Assembly (NCBI GenBank): GCA_039794005.1
Contig: JBAMMA010000001.1
Location: 67,779 to 131,778 of the forward strand
DNA from: Thermoplasmata archaeon
Lineage (GTDB): Archaea > Thermoplasmatota > Thermoplasmata > Thermoplasmatales > ARK-15
DNA: 64,000 nucleotides
Direction: 5' to 3'
Position 1 is the first letter of the stretch; each line of letters begins with the position of its first letter. Made by a program: the position numbers and the translations under genes. Positions 18,964 to 30,197 of this stretch are shown piece after piece. The notes below the pieces were generated by a model. The model had not been told where the DNA came from, made no database searches, and saw nothing but the letters and a program-made list of their open reading frames with translations.

Positions 18964-20184
18964 ATGACGGGGTATGAAAACATAATTGAAAAATATCTCA
19001 TTGAAAATTCTGAAGAATATAACATGTCATATTTTGAACCGTCATATGTTCCAGATAGAATTATCCATAGAGAAGAGGAAATTGACATAATAATGAAAAA
19101 TCTTTCACTAATTTTTAAAAAGATGGTTCCTAAAAATATGTTTATATTTGGAAAAACTGGAACCGGCAAGACGGCTGTTATAAAGTTTATAGGAAGGGCA
19201 TTGGAAAGCTATCAAAAGGAAAAAATTAGGTTCGTATATCTCAATTGTCAAATAAATGACAATTCTTATTCACTGTTATACAGTATAGGGAAAAGTGCAG
19301 GGGCTGAGATCCCCATAACAGGGTGGTCCATGGATAGACTCTTCAATGTTGTCAAAGATGCGGTGGAACTTTATTCAGCCTATTTTATTATAGTGCTGGA
19401 TGAAATAGACAGATATATTAAAAAGAACGGTGATGATATATTATATTCACTATCATTGATGAATTCTGAATTAAAGAATAGCAAAATCATAATAATTGGA
19501 ATAACAAATGATGTTACAATCATAGAAAACCTAGATGCAAGGGTAAAGAGCAGATTAAATGAAGAAAAAGTTGTTTTCCCACCATACAATCAAAATGAAA
19601 TATACGATATTTTGAAAGACAGAATTGAAATGGCTAAAATGAAAAATTATATAACGGATTCGGCATTGAGGTATATATCCGCAATTGCGGCACAGGAAAA
19701 TGGAGACGCTAGGAAGGCCATAGATTTATTGAAAACAACTCTGCAGATAGGAATCGAATTAAAAAATATACCAGTGGAAGAAAAACACGTAAACATAGCA
19801 AAAAGCAAGATGGAATATGATGCTGTTGCAGAAACTATAAAATCTCTCCCTTTGCATTCTAAAATTGTTTTATTATCAATTGTATTTTTAAAAGACTATG
19901 GCACAAATAACATAACAACTGGTGAAATTTATAATGCATATAGAAATCTGATCAATTTTGTGAATATTCCACCTTTGACTTCAAGAAGAATAACAGACAT
20001 ATTATCGGATTTGGATATGCTGGGGATAGTCAATGCAAAGGTAATATCAATGGGTAGATATGGAAGGTCTAAGATTGTAGATCTAATGGTATCATCAGGA
20101 TTGATAAAATCTATACTCCTGGAGGAAGATCAATTAAAATGCTTAAGGGATTCAATGAAAAAACAGTCCCAGCTCAAGATCTAA
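18964..20184 (+). CDS. cdc6: Orc1/Cdc6 replication initiator
   Basis: 'P....HREEE', Walker A 'GKTGTGKT', Walker B 'IVLDEID', sensor 'GDARKAIDLL', and a C-terminal winged helix. Confidence 0.9.
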   Translation: MTGYENIIEKYLIENSEEYNMSYFEPSYVPDRIIHREEEIDIIMKNLSLIFKKMVPKNMFIFGKTGTGKTAVIKFIGRALESYQKEKIRFVYLNCQINDNSYSLLYSIGKSAGAEIPITGWSMDRLFNVVKDAVELYSAYFIIVLDEIDRYIKKNGDDILYSLSLMNSELKNSKIIIIGITNDVTIIENLDARVKSRLNEEKVVFPPYNQNEIYDILKDRIEMAKMKNYITDSALRYISAIAAQENGDARKAIDLLKTTLQIGIELKNIPVEEKHVNIAKSKMEYDAVAETIKSLPLHSKIVLLSIVFLKDYGTNNITTGEIYNAYRNLINFVNIPPLTSRRITDILSDLDMLGIVNAKVISMGRYGRSKIVDLMVSSGLIKSILLEEDQLKCLRDSMKKQSQLKI

Positions 20185-21204
20185 ATTCAAAATAGATTTT
20201 TCATCTCCGAAAGTTGATATAATTTTATTTTCATTTTTTATTATATTTTCCCACTGTAATTTGCATTCACATTTTGGTAATTCTTCTAAAATTTTTTCAT
20301 CCTGTGTAAAAGAAAATTCCTCGATTATTTTTAAAATTATATTGTCACATTTTCCACAGTTGTGAATTCCTCTTATTTTTGAACCTGCGGTTGGGAATGA
20401 TACAACCTTTTTGTATTTTGCTGTTCTCCTTAATACTTCAACAAGGCTCCATAACCACGGGGGTCTATAAAATCCTTTGTTCCAAAGATATTCAACAAGA
20501 GTATAAGATTGTACATCAACAGGATTTATGCTTATTAATTCAGAATACCCTGCAGCAAATTCGATCGATTTAATTGCATCTTCTATTGCCTCCCTTTCAG
20601 TTAAAAATGGTGGTTTTAACAAGATGTAAGTTTTCAAGGGAATGGAAAGATCATTTAAAACTTTAGCGGCCCTTACATATTCAGATGATGAAAAACCTTT
20701 ATTTATTGAATATTTTAAGACATCATCCGATGAACTTTCAAGACCGATGGCTACCATTAAATTTTCAAACTTTTTAAACCTGCTCATTCTCTCATATGTA
20801 ACAAACTCAGGCCTAGTTTCTACTATTACTCTTTCCATACCTGAAAATAGTTCCAAAATTTTCATCTGCGTATTTTCAGAAATTTCATTTGGATCAAAAA
20901 AACTTCCCGAATTAAATATTTTTATTATTTTTTCATCTTTAATTTTTTTAACTGCCTTTTCTATTTGATTCATTATATTTGAATCATTGACATCCCCCGG
21001 GTCCGTATCTTTATAATATCCGCACATTGAGCATCCAGAATGCTTAAACCAGAAACATCCCCTGGTTTTTAAAATTATTACAAATGCCTTTTCTCTCCTG
21101 TTTTTGTATGGTTCATATTCGCTCCAGACCGCAACGTATTCATCCGGATCATGGATCCTCTCCGTTTTTTCCCTTAAACTTTTAATAATTTCTTGTATGT
21201 TCAT
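20152..21204 (-). CDS. Radical SAM protein, TIGR01210/RaSEA-like (archaeosine-related family)
   Basis: 'TRGCFWFKHSGCSMCGY' cysteine cluster and an Elp3-type TIM-barrel region. Convergent 33-nt overlap with cdc6. Subfamily recalled from memory. Confidence 0.6.
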   Translation of the reverse strand: MNIQEIIKSLREKTERIHDPDEYVAVWSEYEPYKNRREKAFVIILKTRGCFWFKHSGCSMCGYYKDTDPGDVNDSNIMNQIEKAVKKIKDEKIIKIFNSGSFFDPNEISENTQMKILELFSGMERVIVETRPEFVTYERMSRFKKFENLMVAIGLESSSDDVLKYSINKGFSSSEYVRAAKVLNDLSIPLKTYILLKPPFLTEREAIEDAIKSIEFAAGYSELISINPVDVQSYTLVEYLWNKGFYRPPWLWSLVEVLRRTAKYKKVVSFPTAGSKIRGIHNCGKCDNIILKIIEEFSFTQDEKILEELPKCECKLQWENIIKNENKIISTFGDEKSILNLDLELGLFFH

Positions 21205-23690
21205 TTTCTATCAATTTTCTCAATCAATTCATAATATTTTCTCTTAAGGTCGTCCAGTTCCCTTTTCAAATTATCTATTTCATCTGTAAACATTCTACCC
21301 TTCCTTATTGTTTCTATTGCTTCCCTTATTCTTCTTTTTAATCTTCCATCTAGCTCGATTAAATATGCATATTCAAGCTCAGGAATGGCATCGCTTAATC
21401 CGCAATTCAACAATCCTTCTACTGCACCATTTCTTACAAATAGATTTTCATCCCTCAATAAAGCGTAGAGAATTGGCAAAACATCGCTTTTCATATATCC
21501 AGACTTTCCTATTGAAATTGCAGCAATAGCCCTTAATTTCATGATATATTTTTTGTCTGTGAATTTCATTTCGATATTTATTGCTTCGTCATCTCTAAAG
21601 TAGGATAGACCTTGTAACAATCCATTTCTTATTATTTCATTTGTAGATTCAGCATCAATATATTTTTTAAGAATGTCCTTTGACTTTTCTAGTCTCAATT
21701 CTCCAATGGATTTAAGTACGCTAGATATGATGTAAGGCCTTTTTTCTTTCTCCAAAATTTTGTTTAACATGTCCAGAGATTTTTCATTTTTGTAATATTT
21801 TCCCAGGGCTTCTGCAATTGCAACTCTAATTTTTGAATTAATATTTGTGTTTCCAATAGATTTATTGTATATTTCCTCCAATGCATTTAAAGAATATTCA
21901 GTACCAATTTTGGATAATGCATTTATGGCTTCAATTCTAACACCATAGAAATTGTCATTTAGAGCTACATATTTCAATATATCTATTATCTCCTTTCCCC
22001 CCATTTTTATGGCCTCATTGATGGCATCTATTCTTTCAATTATCGTATACCCATTTTTCAAGAGATATTTAATCATTTCAGGAGGTCTTGAAAATTCAAT
22101 ATCTTTTAATATATAATTCTCAGGATCTATTGAAATACCTAAAATATTTCCACTTTCTAATTCAAGTTCTTCAAATTCATTATCTACCTTAATCTTTTTA
22201 ATGATTCTTCCATTTTCGGTGTAAATTGCAATTTCAAGGGGGAATGAAAATATCTTGACTGTATTTTCATCTTCCTGAATCTGTTCTATTTTTAATTTAG
22301 ACTTTTTATCCTCTCTTTTTATCTCTATTTTCAATTTTGGATGTCCACCATGAAATAACCACTGGTCAAAGAATTGCTCGAAAGATTTTCCAGTATATTC
22401 CTTCAATAATTTCATGAAATCATATGTATCAACGCTTTTTCCACCATATGTTTCCAAATAATATTTAATGAATCCCCAGAATTCCTTATCTCCCATTTCA
22501 TATCTGAGCATATGTATAACTCTTGATGCTTTTTCATATGCATGTCGATCAAATACTTCTGCAGGTGAATTATATACATTGTAAACTATTGGTCTCCTGT
22601 ATCTTTCAGAATCCTCATTTTTATATGCAATTTCATCCTGATACATATTATATAAGAAAGAATCGTGCCCTGAAAAATGTTCCTGGTAAACATTTTCCAT
22701 ATATGTTGCAAAACCTTCGTTTAGCCATATATGGGCCCAAGAAGAGCATGTAACATAATCTCCAAACCACTGATGAGCTAGTTCATGTGCAATTAAAGGT
22801 TCAGACATATATTCATTGTGCATATTTAAATCGTGCAAAGTATATTCTGTCAAAGTTGTAGCATTTATATTTTCCATTCCACCTACAACAAAATCGTATA
22901 CGATCACCTGAGCATATTTACTATATGGATATTTAAATCCTAAAATCCTATCATAGAACCTTATCATATCTGGTGTATTTACAAATGTTCTTAGCATATA
23001 CCTTCCAAGACCCTTTGGAACCAGATAAATCAATTTTATTCCATCAATTTCGTCTTCCATTATATCAAAAACACCTATTACCAAGGAGATCAAATAAACT
23101 GGATGTGGGAAATTTTCTCTCCAATGATAAACTGTTTCATTTTCCAATTCCCTTTTTTCAACCAAATCCCCATTTGACAGTGCATAAAATCCTTTAGGAA
23201 CATGAGCTATGATCTCACTGGAACTTCTTTGATTAGGGAAATCGTATGAAGGAATCCAATAACGATTATCCTCATCCTCACCCTGTGACCAAATCATTGG
23301 ATATTTTCTACCCTTAGTTTCATCGGAATCAATGAAATAAAGGCCCTTTCTCGGTGTTGAATAATATTCAATGTATATTTCTATATCATCATTTTTCTTT
23401 ATTTTTTCTTCAAAATATATTAAAATATTTTTTCCATCGTATTCATAACTTTTTATTCTATGATCTGATTTAATATCCTTAATTTTGATTTCCGATGCAT
23501 CCAATAAAATTTTATCCAGGTCTGAATATTTTGCATTTAGTATGATTTTTTCCTTTGCGTCAAAACTCTTTTTTTCTAAGTTTGGCCATATTTCAATATT
23601 AATGTGCTTTTGTAAAAATTCTTTATCTCTTTCATAGTTTTTCCTATAATCAGGAAAGGCAAATGATTCTCTATAACCTTTTTCAAACAT
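21201..23690 (-). CDS. M1 family aminopeptidase (aminopeptidase N / tricorn-interacting factor F2-F3 type) with C-terminal HEAT-like repeats
   Basis: 'GGMEN', 'HELAHQWFGD' and 'WLNEGFA' zinc site. 829 aa. Confidence 0.9.
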   Translation of the reverse strand: MFEKGYRESFAFPDYRKNYERDKEFLQKHINIEIWPNLEKKSFDAKEKIILNAKYSDLDKILLDASEIKIKDIKSDHRIKSYEYDGKNILIYFEEKIKKNDDIEIYIEYYSTPRKGLYFIDSDETKGRKYPMIWSQGEDEDNRYWIPSYDFPNQRSSSEIIAHVPKGFYALSNGDLVEKRELENETVYHWRENFPHPVYLISLVIGVFDIMEDEIDGIKLIYLVPKGLGRYMLRTFVNTPDMIRFYDRILGFKYPYSKYAQVIVYDFVVGGMENINATTLTEYTLHDLNMHNEYMSEPLIAHELAHQWFGDYVTCSSWAHIWLNEGFATYMENVYQEHFSGHDSFLYNMYQDEIAYKNEDSERYRRPIVYNVYNSPAEVFDRHAYEKASRVIHMLRYEMGDKEFWGFIKYYLETYGGKSVDTYDFMKLLKEYTGKSFEQFFDQWLFHGGHPKLKIEIKREDKKSKLKIEQIQEDENTVKIFSFPLEIAIYTENGRIIKKIKVDNEFEELELESGNILGISIDPENYILKDIEFSRPPEMIKYLLKNGYTIIERIDAINEAIKMGGKEIIDILKYVALNDNFYGVRIEAINALSKIGTEYSLNALEEIYNKSIGNTNINSKIRVAIAEALGKYYKNEKSLDMLNKILEKEKRPYIISSVLKSIGELRLEKSKDILKKYIDAESTNEIIRNGLLQGLSYFRDDEAINIEMKFTDKKYIMKLRAIAAISIGKSGYMKSDVLPILYALLRDENLFVRNGAVEGLLNCGLSDAIPELEYAYLIELDGRLKRRIREAIETIRKGRMFTDEIDNLKRELDDLKRKYYELIEKIDRK

Positions 23691-23828
23691 GATAGTGTAA
23701 ATTTTTATTGATATTTAATATTTTTTAATTTTAAAATCTTATTTAAATTAAAAGAATATTATTATTATGCATGTAATTAATAAAGGATGAATATTTATAA
23801 TAATGTTTATAATATCATAATGGTCTAA

Positions 23829-25439
23829 ATGGACTTACTCTTCTTGATTTTAGGTCTGATGCTATTTCTGGCATTCATAGGCGGAAAGATAATGGATAAA
23901 ATATCCCAACCGCACATAATCGGTTATTTACTTTTCGGTTTATTATTAAGTCCATCATTGGTAGATATTTTTTTAGGAAATTCATATAATTATCAAATAC
24001 AATCCAATATTGGTATTCTGAACGTATTTTCCGAGATTGGAATCATAATATTATTGTTCTTCATAGGTTTAAATATATCCTATGAAAAATTTATTAAAAC
24101 AACAAAAATTTCTTTATTAATAGGATTGATAGATATTTCAATAATGTTTGGTTTTGCATTTCTAATATCTTATTTATATAAATGGAACATTTATGAATCG
24201 ATCATTTTCGGATTTATTTTGTCTTCATCAAGTGTTGTTGTAACGGCAAAAAATCTGGAAGAAACAAACAAATTATCAGATGAAGAGATAGAAACTTTAC
24301 TCAATATGCTTATCATGGAGGATATAATTTCAATAATAATGTTTGTATTATTCTATGGTTTTGTAAATACCAATTTTATATTACCAGAAAAAATGTATAT
24401 AGAATATCTAGGTCTATTTTCACTGATCGTTTTTGTATTATTTTTATCATGGATATTTTTACCGTATGTGAAAATTAAATTTTTTTCAAACAAAAATGAG
24501 GAACTTTTCACAGTCCTAATTTTATCGATAATATTTTTAATAAGTGAATTAATAGAAATATTTAACATAAATCCATCGATTGGTGCATTCTTTGCCGGCC
24601 TACTGTTCGCAAAGAGTGATTATGTAAACGATATAAACAAATTAATGAAACCTTTAGAATATTCTTTTGGTTCAATATTTTTTGTATCCTATGGTATATT
24701 TATCAATATATTCTCCTTCTATCAAAATTTAATTATTATTATTTTATCAATTATTTTCATACTTATAGGTGAATTTATAATAATTCCTTTTCTCTTATAC
24801 ACATTAGGATTTTCATCTAAAGGTTCAATTTTCATTGGAAGTGGTTTAATAGCGAGAAATGAGGATGCTTTAATATTTTCAAATTTATCAAAATCGATAG
24901 GTAATATGTTTTCCTCCAACATAATGAACGTAATATATAACGTTACGGGAGCCATTGTATTAATAACAACTATCATAAGTGTTCCACTTATGAAATATTC
25001 CACAAAAATCAACAATAAAATCACAAAATTTATTCCTGTATGCTTTTCTTATCCGTGGAGAGAAGTATCAAAATTTTCCAAGGAAATGCTATTTTATAAG
25101 GAAATTCCTATCAGAAAAAGAAATTATTGGATATACATTTCTTTGATAATATATGGTGTTCTATTACTGCCAACAATCTTATTCGGTGAAGCATTATTTT
25201 TTATATTATCAACGATATCTCTGGTCATAAATATATTCCTGTTAATTACAATCATCATCAAACATTCATCCGGATCTTCAACAATTTTTTCTTCAATCAA
25301 TTTTTCAATATTTTTATCCATACCATTGACTCTGGTTTATTTATATTATTTAAAATTTTATTTCATTTTTTATTATTTATTATTAATTTTGATATTTTTA
25401 ATAATGGAAGGTGTAATAATATGCCTTTCTGAAAGATAA
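23829..25439 (+). CDS. Cation:proton antiporter (CPA2/Kef-type) with an extra C-terminal membrane domain
   Basis: N-terminal 'GGKIMDKISQPHIIGYLLFGLLLSP' is typical of the Na+/H+ exchanger family. About 13 or more TM segments. Confidence 0.75.
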   Translation: MDLLFLILGLMLFLAFIGGKIMDKISQPHIIGYLLFGLLLSPSLVDIFLGNSYNYQIQSNIGILNVFSEIGIIILLFFIGLNISYEKFIKTTKISLLIGLIDISIMFGFAFLISYLYKWNIYESIIFGFILSSSSVVVTAKNLEETNKLSDEEIETLLNMLIMEDIISIIMFVLFYGFVNTNFILPEKMYIEYLGLFSLIVFVLFLSWIFLPYVKIKFFSNKNEELFTVLILSIIFLISELIEIFNINPSIGAFFAGLLFAKSDYVNDINKLMKPLEYSFGSIFFVSYGIFINIFSFYQNLIIIILSIIFILIGEFIIIPFLLYTLGFSSKGSIFIGSGLIARNEDALIFSNLSKSIGNMFSSNIMNVIYNVTGAIVLITTIISVPLMKYSTKINNKITKFIPVCFSYPWREVSKFSKEMLFYKEIPIRKRNYWIYISLIIYGVLLLPTILFGEALFFILSTISLVINIFLLITIIIKHSSGSSTIFSSINFSIFLSIPLTLVYLYYLKFYFIFYYLLLILIFLIMEGVIICLSER

Positions 25440-25470
25440 TAAATAAATATAATAAAAGATTTAATGAAAT

Positions 25471-28170
25471 GTGGAAGACGAATCTGTTTATGAAACTGTA
25501 CGGAAATTAGGTATAGAAAAGCTTACAGATGATCAAGAAAAGGTATTTGATTACATACTCAAAGGAGATAACGTTCTTTTGGTTGCTCCAACTGGAAGTG
25601 GAAAAACAGAAGCATCCATTTTGCCAATAATGGAAAGATTGAGAAGAGAACCAAAACCAAAAATTCATGCTATTTTCGTTACACCTTTAAGGGCATTAAA
25701 TAGGGATATTTATGAGAGATTGAAGAGATATGGAGAAAATATAGGGATTAAGGTATCCTTAAGACATGGAGATTCAACAGAATCAGAAAGAAGGGAAATG
25801 ATTGAGGATCCTCCAGACATATTAATAACGACACCCGAGACGTTACAAATAATGTATTCAGGAAAAAATTTGAGAAAATTATTGGAAAATGTGAAAACCA
25901 TAATTATAGATGAAATTCATGAAATGGTAAGAGATGAAAGGGGTTGGCAATTTTCATTGTTAATTGAAAAGATATCTCATATGAATGGAAGATTGCAGAG
26001 AATTGGTTTATCTGCAACTGTGGGAAATGAAGAATTAATATCAAAATTTATGTCACCAAATGAGACAGTGAAAATATTCAAAAATTATAATGCAAAGATC
26101 ATGGAAATAACAGTAACGGCTCCAGAAAAGGATTATGTTGAAGAAAGCGAAAAAATGATGACAGAAATAGACTACGGATCAGCAATAATGACGGCCTTAA
26201 ACCTTGTTATGCAATCAAAATTGTCATTGATTTTTGTAAATACTAGGTTTACAGCAGAAGATATATCAATGAGATTGAATAAACTAGGTTTTGGTGATAT
26301 TATTGGAATACATCATGGTTCACTATCTAAGGAAATAAGAATACAGAATGAAAAATTATTAAAGGATGGTAAATTAAAATCTCTTATATGTACATCCAGT
26401 TTGGAGCTGGGAATTGATATTGGTGAAATAGATTTTATAATACAGTTTAATTCTCCAAGACAGGTATATAGATTAATACAGAGAATAGGTAGATCAGGCC
26501 ATCGTTTTGACAAAATATCGAAGGGTACAATTGTTGCAAATGATCCTCTGGAAATAATAGAATCTGCATCAATTGTAGACCTTCAAAAAAAGGGCTGGAT
26601 TGAGAACTTGGATATAAGGAATAATTCGCTGGTTGTTTTGGCCAATCAAATAATAATGTGGACATATACGGAAAAAGAACTTTTGGCCGAAGAGGTATAT
26701 TCAATAGTTAAAAATTCTTATCCTTTTAAAAATTTAGATATTGAGACATTTCACAGGCTATTGAATTTTCTATCTGAAATTAGACTAATAAGATTTGATG
26801 GAAAGTACATAAAAAATAGTGTAAAAACATTAGATTATTTTTACAATAATATTTCTTTAATACCCGATGAAAAAACATATGAAGTAATTGAATCTGGGAC
26901 AGGCAGGTTTATAGGAACATTGGACGAATCTTTTGTTTCTCTAGAAATATATGAGGGAAATACATTTGTGATGAAGGGAATTACATGGAGGGTAAATGAA
27001 ATTTCAGAAAATAGAATATATGTGGATTATGTGGAAGATGTTGGAAATGTGCCAAGATGGATAGGGGAAGATATTCCAGTCACATATGAAGTTGCACAAA
27101 ATGCAAGAAGATTGTTAAATGAGAACATCATACCTGAATTTTTAAACGAATCTGCAAAGAAAAAGTTGCAAGAATTTTACAATAAATTCTCAGAAAAGGA
27201 TTATGAAATATTAATTTCAAGGAATGGTCAAGACATAATTATTCTTGACTGGTATGGTACAAAGGTGAATGAAACTATCGGACTATATTTAACAACGGTA
27301 TTGAGGAGCATGAATTATAACGTATCATATTCAATAACTCCCTTCAGTATAATTATTTCATCTGAGGATATTCTAATAGATGAAAAGAAAATAAAAGATA
27401 TATTATTAAAAGATGAAGATATTGAAAATATTATTAAAAGTGGAATAAGAACAAATAGAATATTTTTAAAAATATTTTTGTATGTTTCTAAGAAGTTTGG
27501 AATAATATCAAAGGATGCAGAGATCACATCCATAAAATTCGAAAAGATTCTGGATGCATATCAAAACACTTTAATATATGAAGAAGCAATACAAAAGACA
27601 TATTTCGATTATTTAGATATTCAAAGGACGATTGAAATTTTAAAAAATCTGAGAAATAATCCACAGAAGATAAAAATAAATCAGTTTAACGATCTTTTTG
27701 AAATATATTTAAAATATTTTGAAAGGAAGAGCAATAGGACAAAAATTACAAAAACGGTATTGCAGGCTGTAATGAAAAGGCTTGAAAATCAGGAATTAAC
27801 ATTTTTGTGTTTAAATTGCAAGGGTACATGGACTAAAAAGGTCTCGGATGTAAATTCTTTTAATTGCATATATTGTGGCTCTGTAAATATATCGGTAATT
27901 AAAAGATATGATAGGGATAAACTTGAAATCCTCTTAAATGGACCCAGGAATAAAAAGGATGAAGAATTTTTACAGAAGTTAAGAAATATATCAAATCTCA
28001 TAAAAATACATAAAAAGGAGGCCTTATTGACGTTGGCTGGACACGGAATAAATTATGATACAGCTTTAAGGATACTAAAGAATCCACATTCAGATATCAT
28101 GTATTTAATTAAAGACATTGTTGAGGCCGAATTAAATTTCACAAGGAATAAAAAGTATTGGAAATTATAA
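25471..28170 (+). CDS. lhr: Lhr-type DEAD/DEAH-box helicase (large helicase-related) with C-terminal Zn ribbon
   Basis: 'APTGSGKTEA', 'DEIHE', 'SAT', 'QRIGRSGH' and a C-terminal 'CLNCKG...CIYCGS'. GTG start. Confidence 0.85.
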   Translation: MEDESVYETVRKLGIEKLTDDQEKVFDYILKGDNVLLVAPTGSGKTEASILPIMERLRREPKPKIHAIFVTPLRALNRDIYERLKRYGENIGIKVSLRHGDSTESERREMIEDPPDILITTPETLQIMYSGKNLRKLLENVKTIIIDEIHEMVRDERGWQFSLLIEKISHMNGRLQRIGLSATVGNEELISKFMSPNETVKIFKNYNAKIMEITVTAPEKDYVEESEKMMTEIDYGSAIMTALNLVMQSKLSLIFVNTRFTAEDISMRLNKLGFGDIIGIHHGSLSKEIRIQNEKLLKDGKLKSLICTSSLELGIDIGEIDFIIQFNSPRQVYRLIQRIGRSGHRFDKISKGTIVANDPLEIIESASIVDLQKKGWIENLDIRNNSLVVLANQIIMWTYTEKELLAEEVYSIVKNSYPFKNLDIETFHRLLNFLSEIRLIRFDGKYIKNSVKTLDYFYNNISLIPDEKTYEVIESGTGRFIGTLDESFVSLEIYEGNTFVMKGITWRVNEISENRIYVDYVEDVGNVPRWIGEDIPVTYEVAQNARRLLNENIIPEFLNESAKKKLQEFYNKFSEKDYEILISRNGQDIIILDWYGTKVNETIGLYLTTVLRSMNYNVSYSITPFSIIISSEDILIDEKKIKDILLKDEDIENIIKSGIRTNRIFLKIFLYVSKKFGIISKDAEITSIKFEKILDAYQNTLIYEEAIQKTYFDYLDIQRTIEILKNLRNNPQKIKINQFNDLFEIYLKYFERKSNRTKITKTVLQAVMKRLENQELTFLCLNCKGTWTKKVSDVNSFNCIYCGSVNISVIKRYDRDKLEILLNGPRNKKDEEFLQKLRNISNLIKIHKKEALLTLAGHGINYDTALRILKNPHSDIMYLIKDIVEAELNFTRNKKYWKL

Positions 28171-28986
28171 TTTTATTTTTTTATTGTCGCACAATATTTC
28201 ATATTCTTTTATTTCTATGTGTTTGCACTTTTTCTTAAGGAAGTTTTCGATCAAATATTTTCTTATGAGGGGATCTTTAGAATTTTTTATATCCTTTATT
28301 TCCTCCAAATCTCTTTCATTTTCAGCAAAACTTTCAAGTTTGCTATATTTGTTATATTTTAAATTCATTGAAGGAACAATAAATCCAAATGCAAAACCCG
28401 CTAAATGTGCCAAATGGGCAACTCCATTATTCACATTTAACAATTCTAAAATTAACTCAAAAAGTACAAAAGCAAGAACAGCATACTTTACTTTTATCCT
28501 GGGTAAAAAAATAAATCCGAGGAACATCGGTATCTCGTCATCGGGATAAAGCCTTAAAAAAACCCCCATAATACCAAATATTGCACCAGATGCTCCTACC
28601 AGAATTACATAATTATTTAAATTGTATAAAATGAATATAACATTGGCAAAAACTCCTGCTGTAATAAAATAAATTAGTATTTTTCTAGTTCCTATTCTTT
28701 CTTCCAATGGAATACCTATCAATAAAAATATTATAACATTTGAAATTATGTGTAAAAATGACTCATGTATAAATATTGAGTCTAAAATGTTGAATGATAT
28801 TGGATTTAAAGAGGAATAGCCAAATATATAAATTGGATTATATCCTAAATAACTTAAAAATAATTCCATGACAAAAATAATTATGAGAAATAAAGATGTA
28901 TATAAAACAAATAATCTATTTTTTATATAAACTAAAAATAAAAAAATTAATATTATAAGAAATAATAATTCATTAAGGTATATCAT
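28165..28986 (-). CDS. Rhomboid family intramembrane serine protease
   Basis: 'HIISN', the catalytic 'GASGAIFG' and 'AHLAHLAG'. 6 or more TM segments. Confidence 0.8.
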   Translation of the reverse strand: MIYLNELLFLIILIFLFLVYIKNRLFVLYTSLFLIIIFVMELFLSYLGYNPIYIFGYSSLNPISFNILDSIFIHESFLHIISNVIIFLLIGIPLEERIGTRKILIYFITAGVFANVIFILYNLNNYVILVGASGAIFGIMGVFLRLYPDDEIPMFLGFIFLPRIKVKYAVLAFVLFELILELLNVNNGVAHLAHLAGFAFGFIVPSMNLKYNKYSKLESFAENERDLEEIKDIKNSKDPLIRKYLIENFLKKKCKHIEIKEYEILCDNKKIKL

Positions 28987-30197
28987 GCTCCAAACTTTTC
29001 AGATCTATTACTGTAATTTAATAGTAAATTCATAACATCAGAGCCCCTAATTCTCAATGATCCTCTAATGGCCGATATTTCATCAAAACTCTCAATACCG
29101 TCCTTTCTGAGGCCTTCAGAAGATATCAACACAGGTAGGGGATCTCCTGTATGATCTTTTACGCTGCATGGTGTTGAATGATCTCCCGTGATCATTATCA
29201 CAGCCTTATCGATAATATCCCTCAGAGGTTCCATGGCTTTATCGGCTCTTTCTATAACATCCCTTTTCAATATGGGATTCCCATCATGCCCAGCTATATC
29301 TGTAGCCTTAATGTTAACTAAAACGAAATCGTATTCATTAAGAGCATTTATAGCACCTTTGATTTTAGCTTCCATATCCGTATTTATAGTCCCTGTGACA
29401 CCTTTTATTTTTAATGGTGTGATGCCTGCCAATTTGCATATGCCGGAAATTAATGGTACTCCAACTATGCATGCAGAACGCAAAGAATATTTTTTTTCAA
29501 AATTTTCCAATTCTGGAACAATTCCTGCCCCTCTCAGTAATACAATATTTGCCGGCATTTTATTTTGTCTTCTCCTTTCCATATTTACTGGGTGATTGTT
29601 CAATATTTCATAGCTTTTTTTTGTAAATTCATTTACTATTTTAGCCAATTTTTTCCCATCATCGTTTAAAGGTTGAGAAATCTTAACTTTAGAATTTTCA
29701 GAATGCGGATCTGTATCCGTAATTTTGGGAGACAATCCATTTCCTCTAAAAACTATGGCTACCCTATGTTCTACACCTTCCTTTGCTAAAATTTCAACAT
29801 CATCAATTTTAATATTCAAAGATTCTGCGAGTTTGTCCGTTCCAGATTCTATTCTTCCAGCTCTTCTATCGATTACATTTAAATCATCATCAACCGTTGC
29901 AAAATTCCCCCTGAACGCAATATCCCCTGGTCTCAGATCCATTCCAAGTCCCAGGGCTTCAAAGGGCCCTCTCCCAGTGTATATTTTATAAGGATCGTAT
30001 CCCAATAAATTAAGGTGAGAGGTATCACTTCCAGGTCTTATGCCAGGGGCTATTGGATCCATTAACCCTACAATGCCATTCGATGCCAAAAAATCCATGT
30101 TTCTTTTTCTGGCAGCTTGAAGAGGAGTTTTAAAATTCAATTCCCTGGATGGTCTATCACCGAGGCCATCTAGTATGATCAATAATATCTTTTTCAT
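28983..30197 (-). CDS. apgM: 2,3-bisphosphoglycerate-independent phosphoglycerate mutase, archaeal type
   Basis: 'ILDGLGDRP', 'PGSDTSHL', 'ATDIAGHDG' and 'TGDHSTP'. Confidence 0.9.
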   Translation of the reverse strand: MKKILLIILDGLGDRPSRELNFKTPLQAARKRNMDFLASNGIVGLMDPIAPGIRPGSDTSHLNLLGYDPYKIYTGRGPFEALGLGMDLRPGDIAFRGNFATVDDDLNVIDRRAGRIESGTDKLAESLNIKIDDVEILAKEGVEHRVAIVFRGNGLSPKITDTDPHSENSKVKISQPLNDDGKKLAKIVNEFTKKSYEILNNHPVNMERRRQNKMPANIVLLRGAGIVPELENFEKKYSLRSACIVGVPLISGICKLAGITPLKIKGVTGTINTDMEAKIKGAINALNEYDFVLVNIKATDIAGHDGNPILKRDVIERADKAMEPLRDIIDKAVIMITGDHSTPCSVKDHTGDPLPVLISSEGLRKDGIESFDEISAIRGSLRIRGSDVMNLLLNYSNRSEKFGA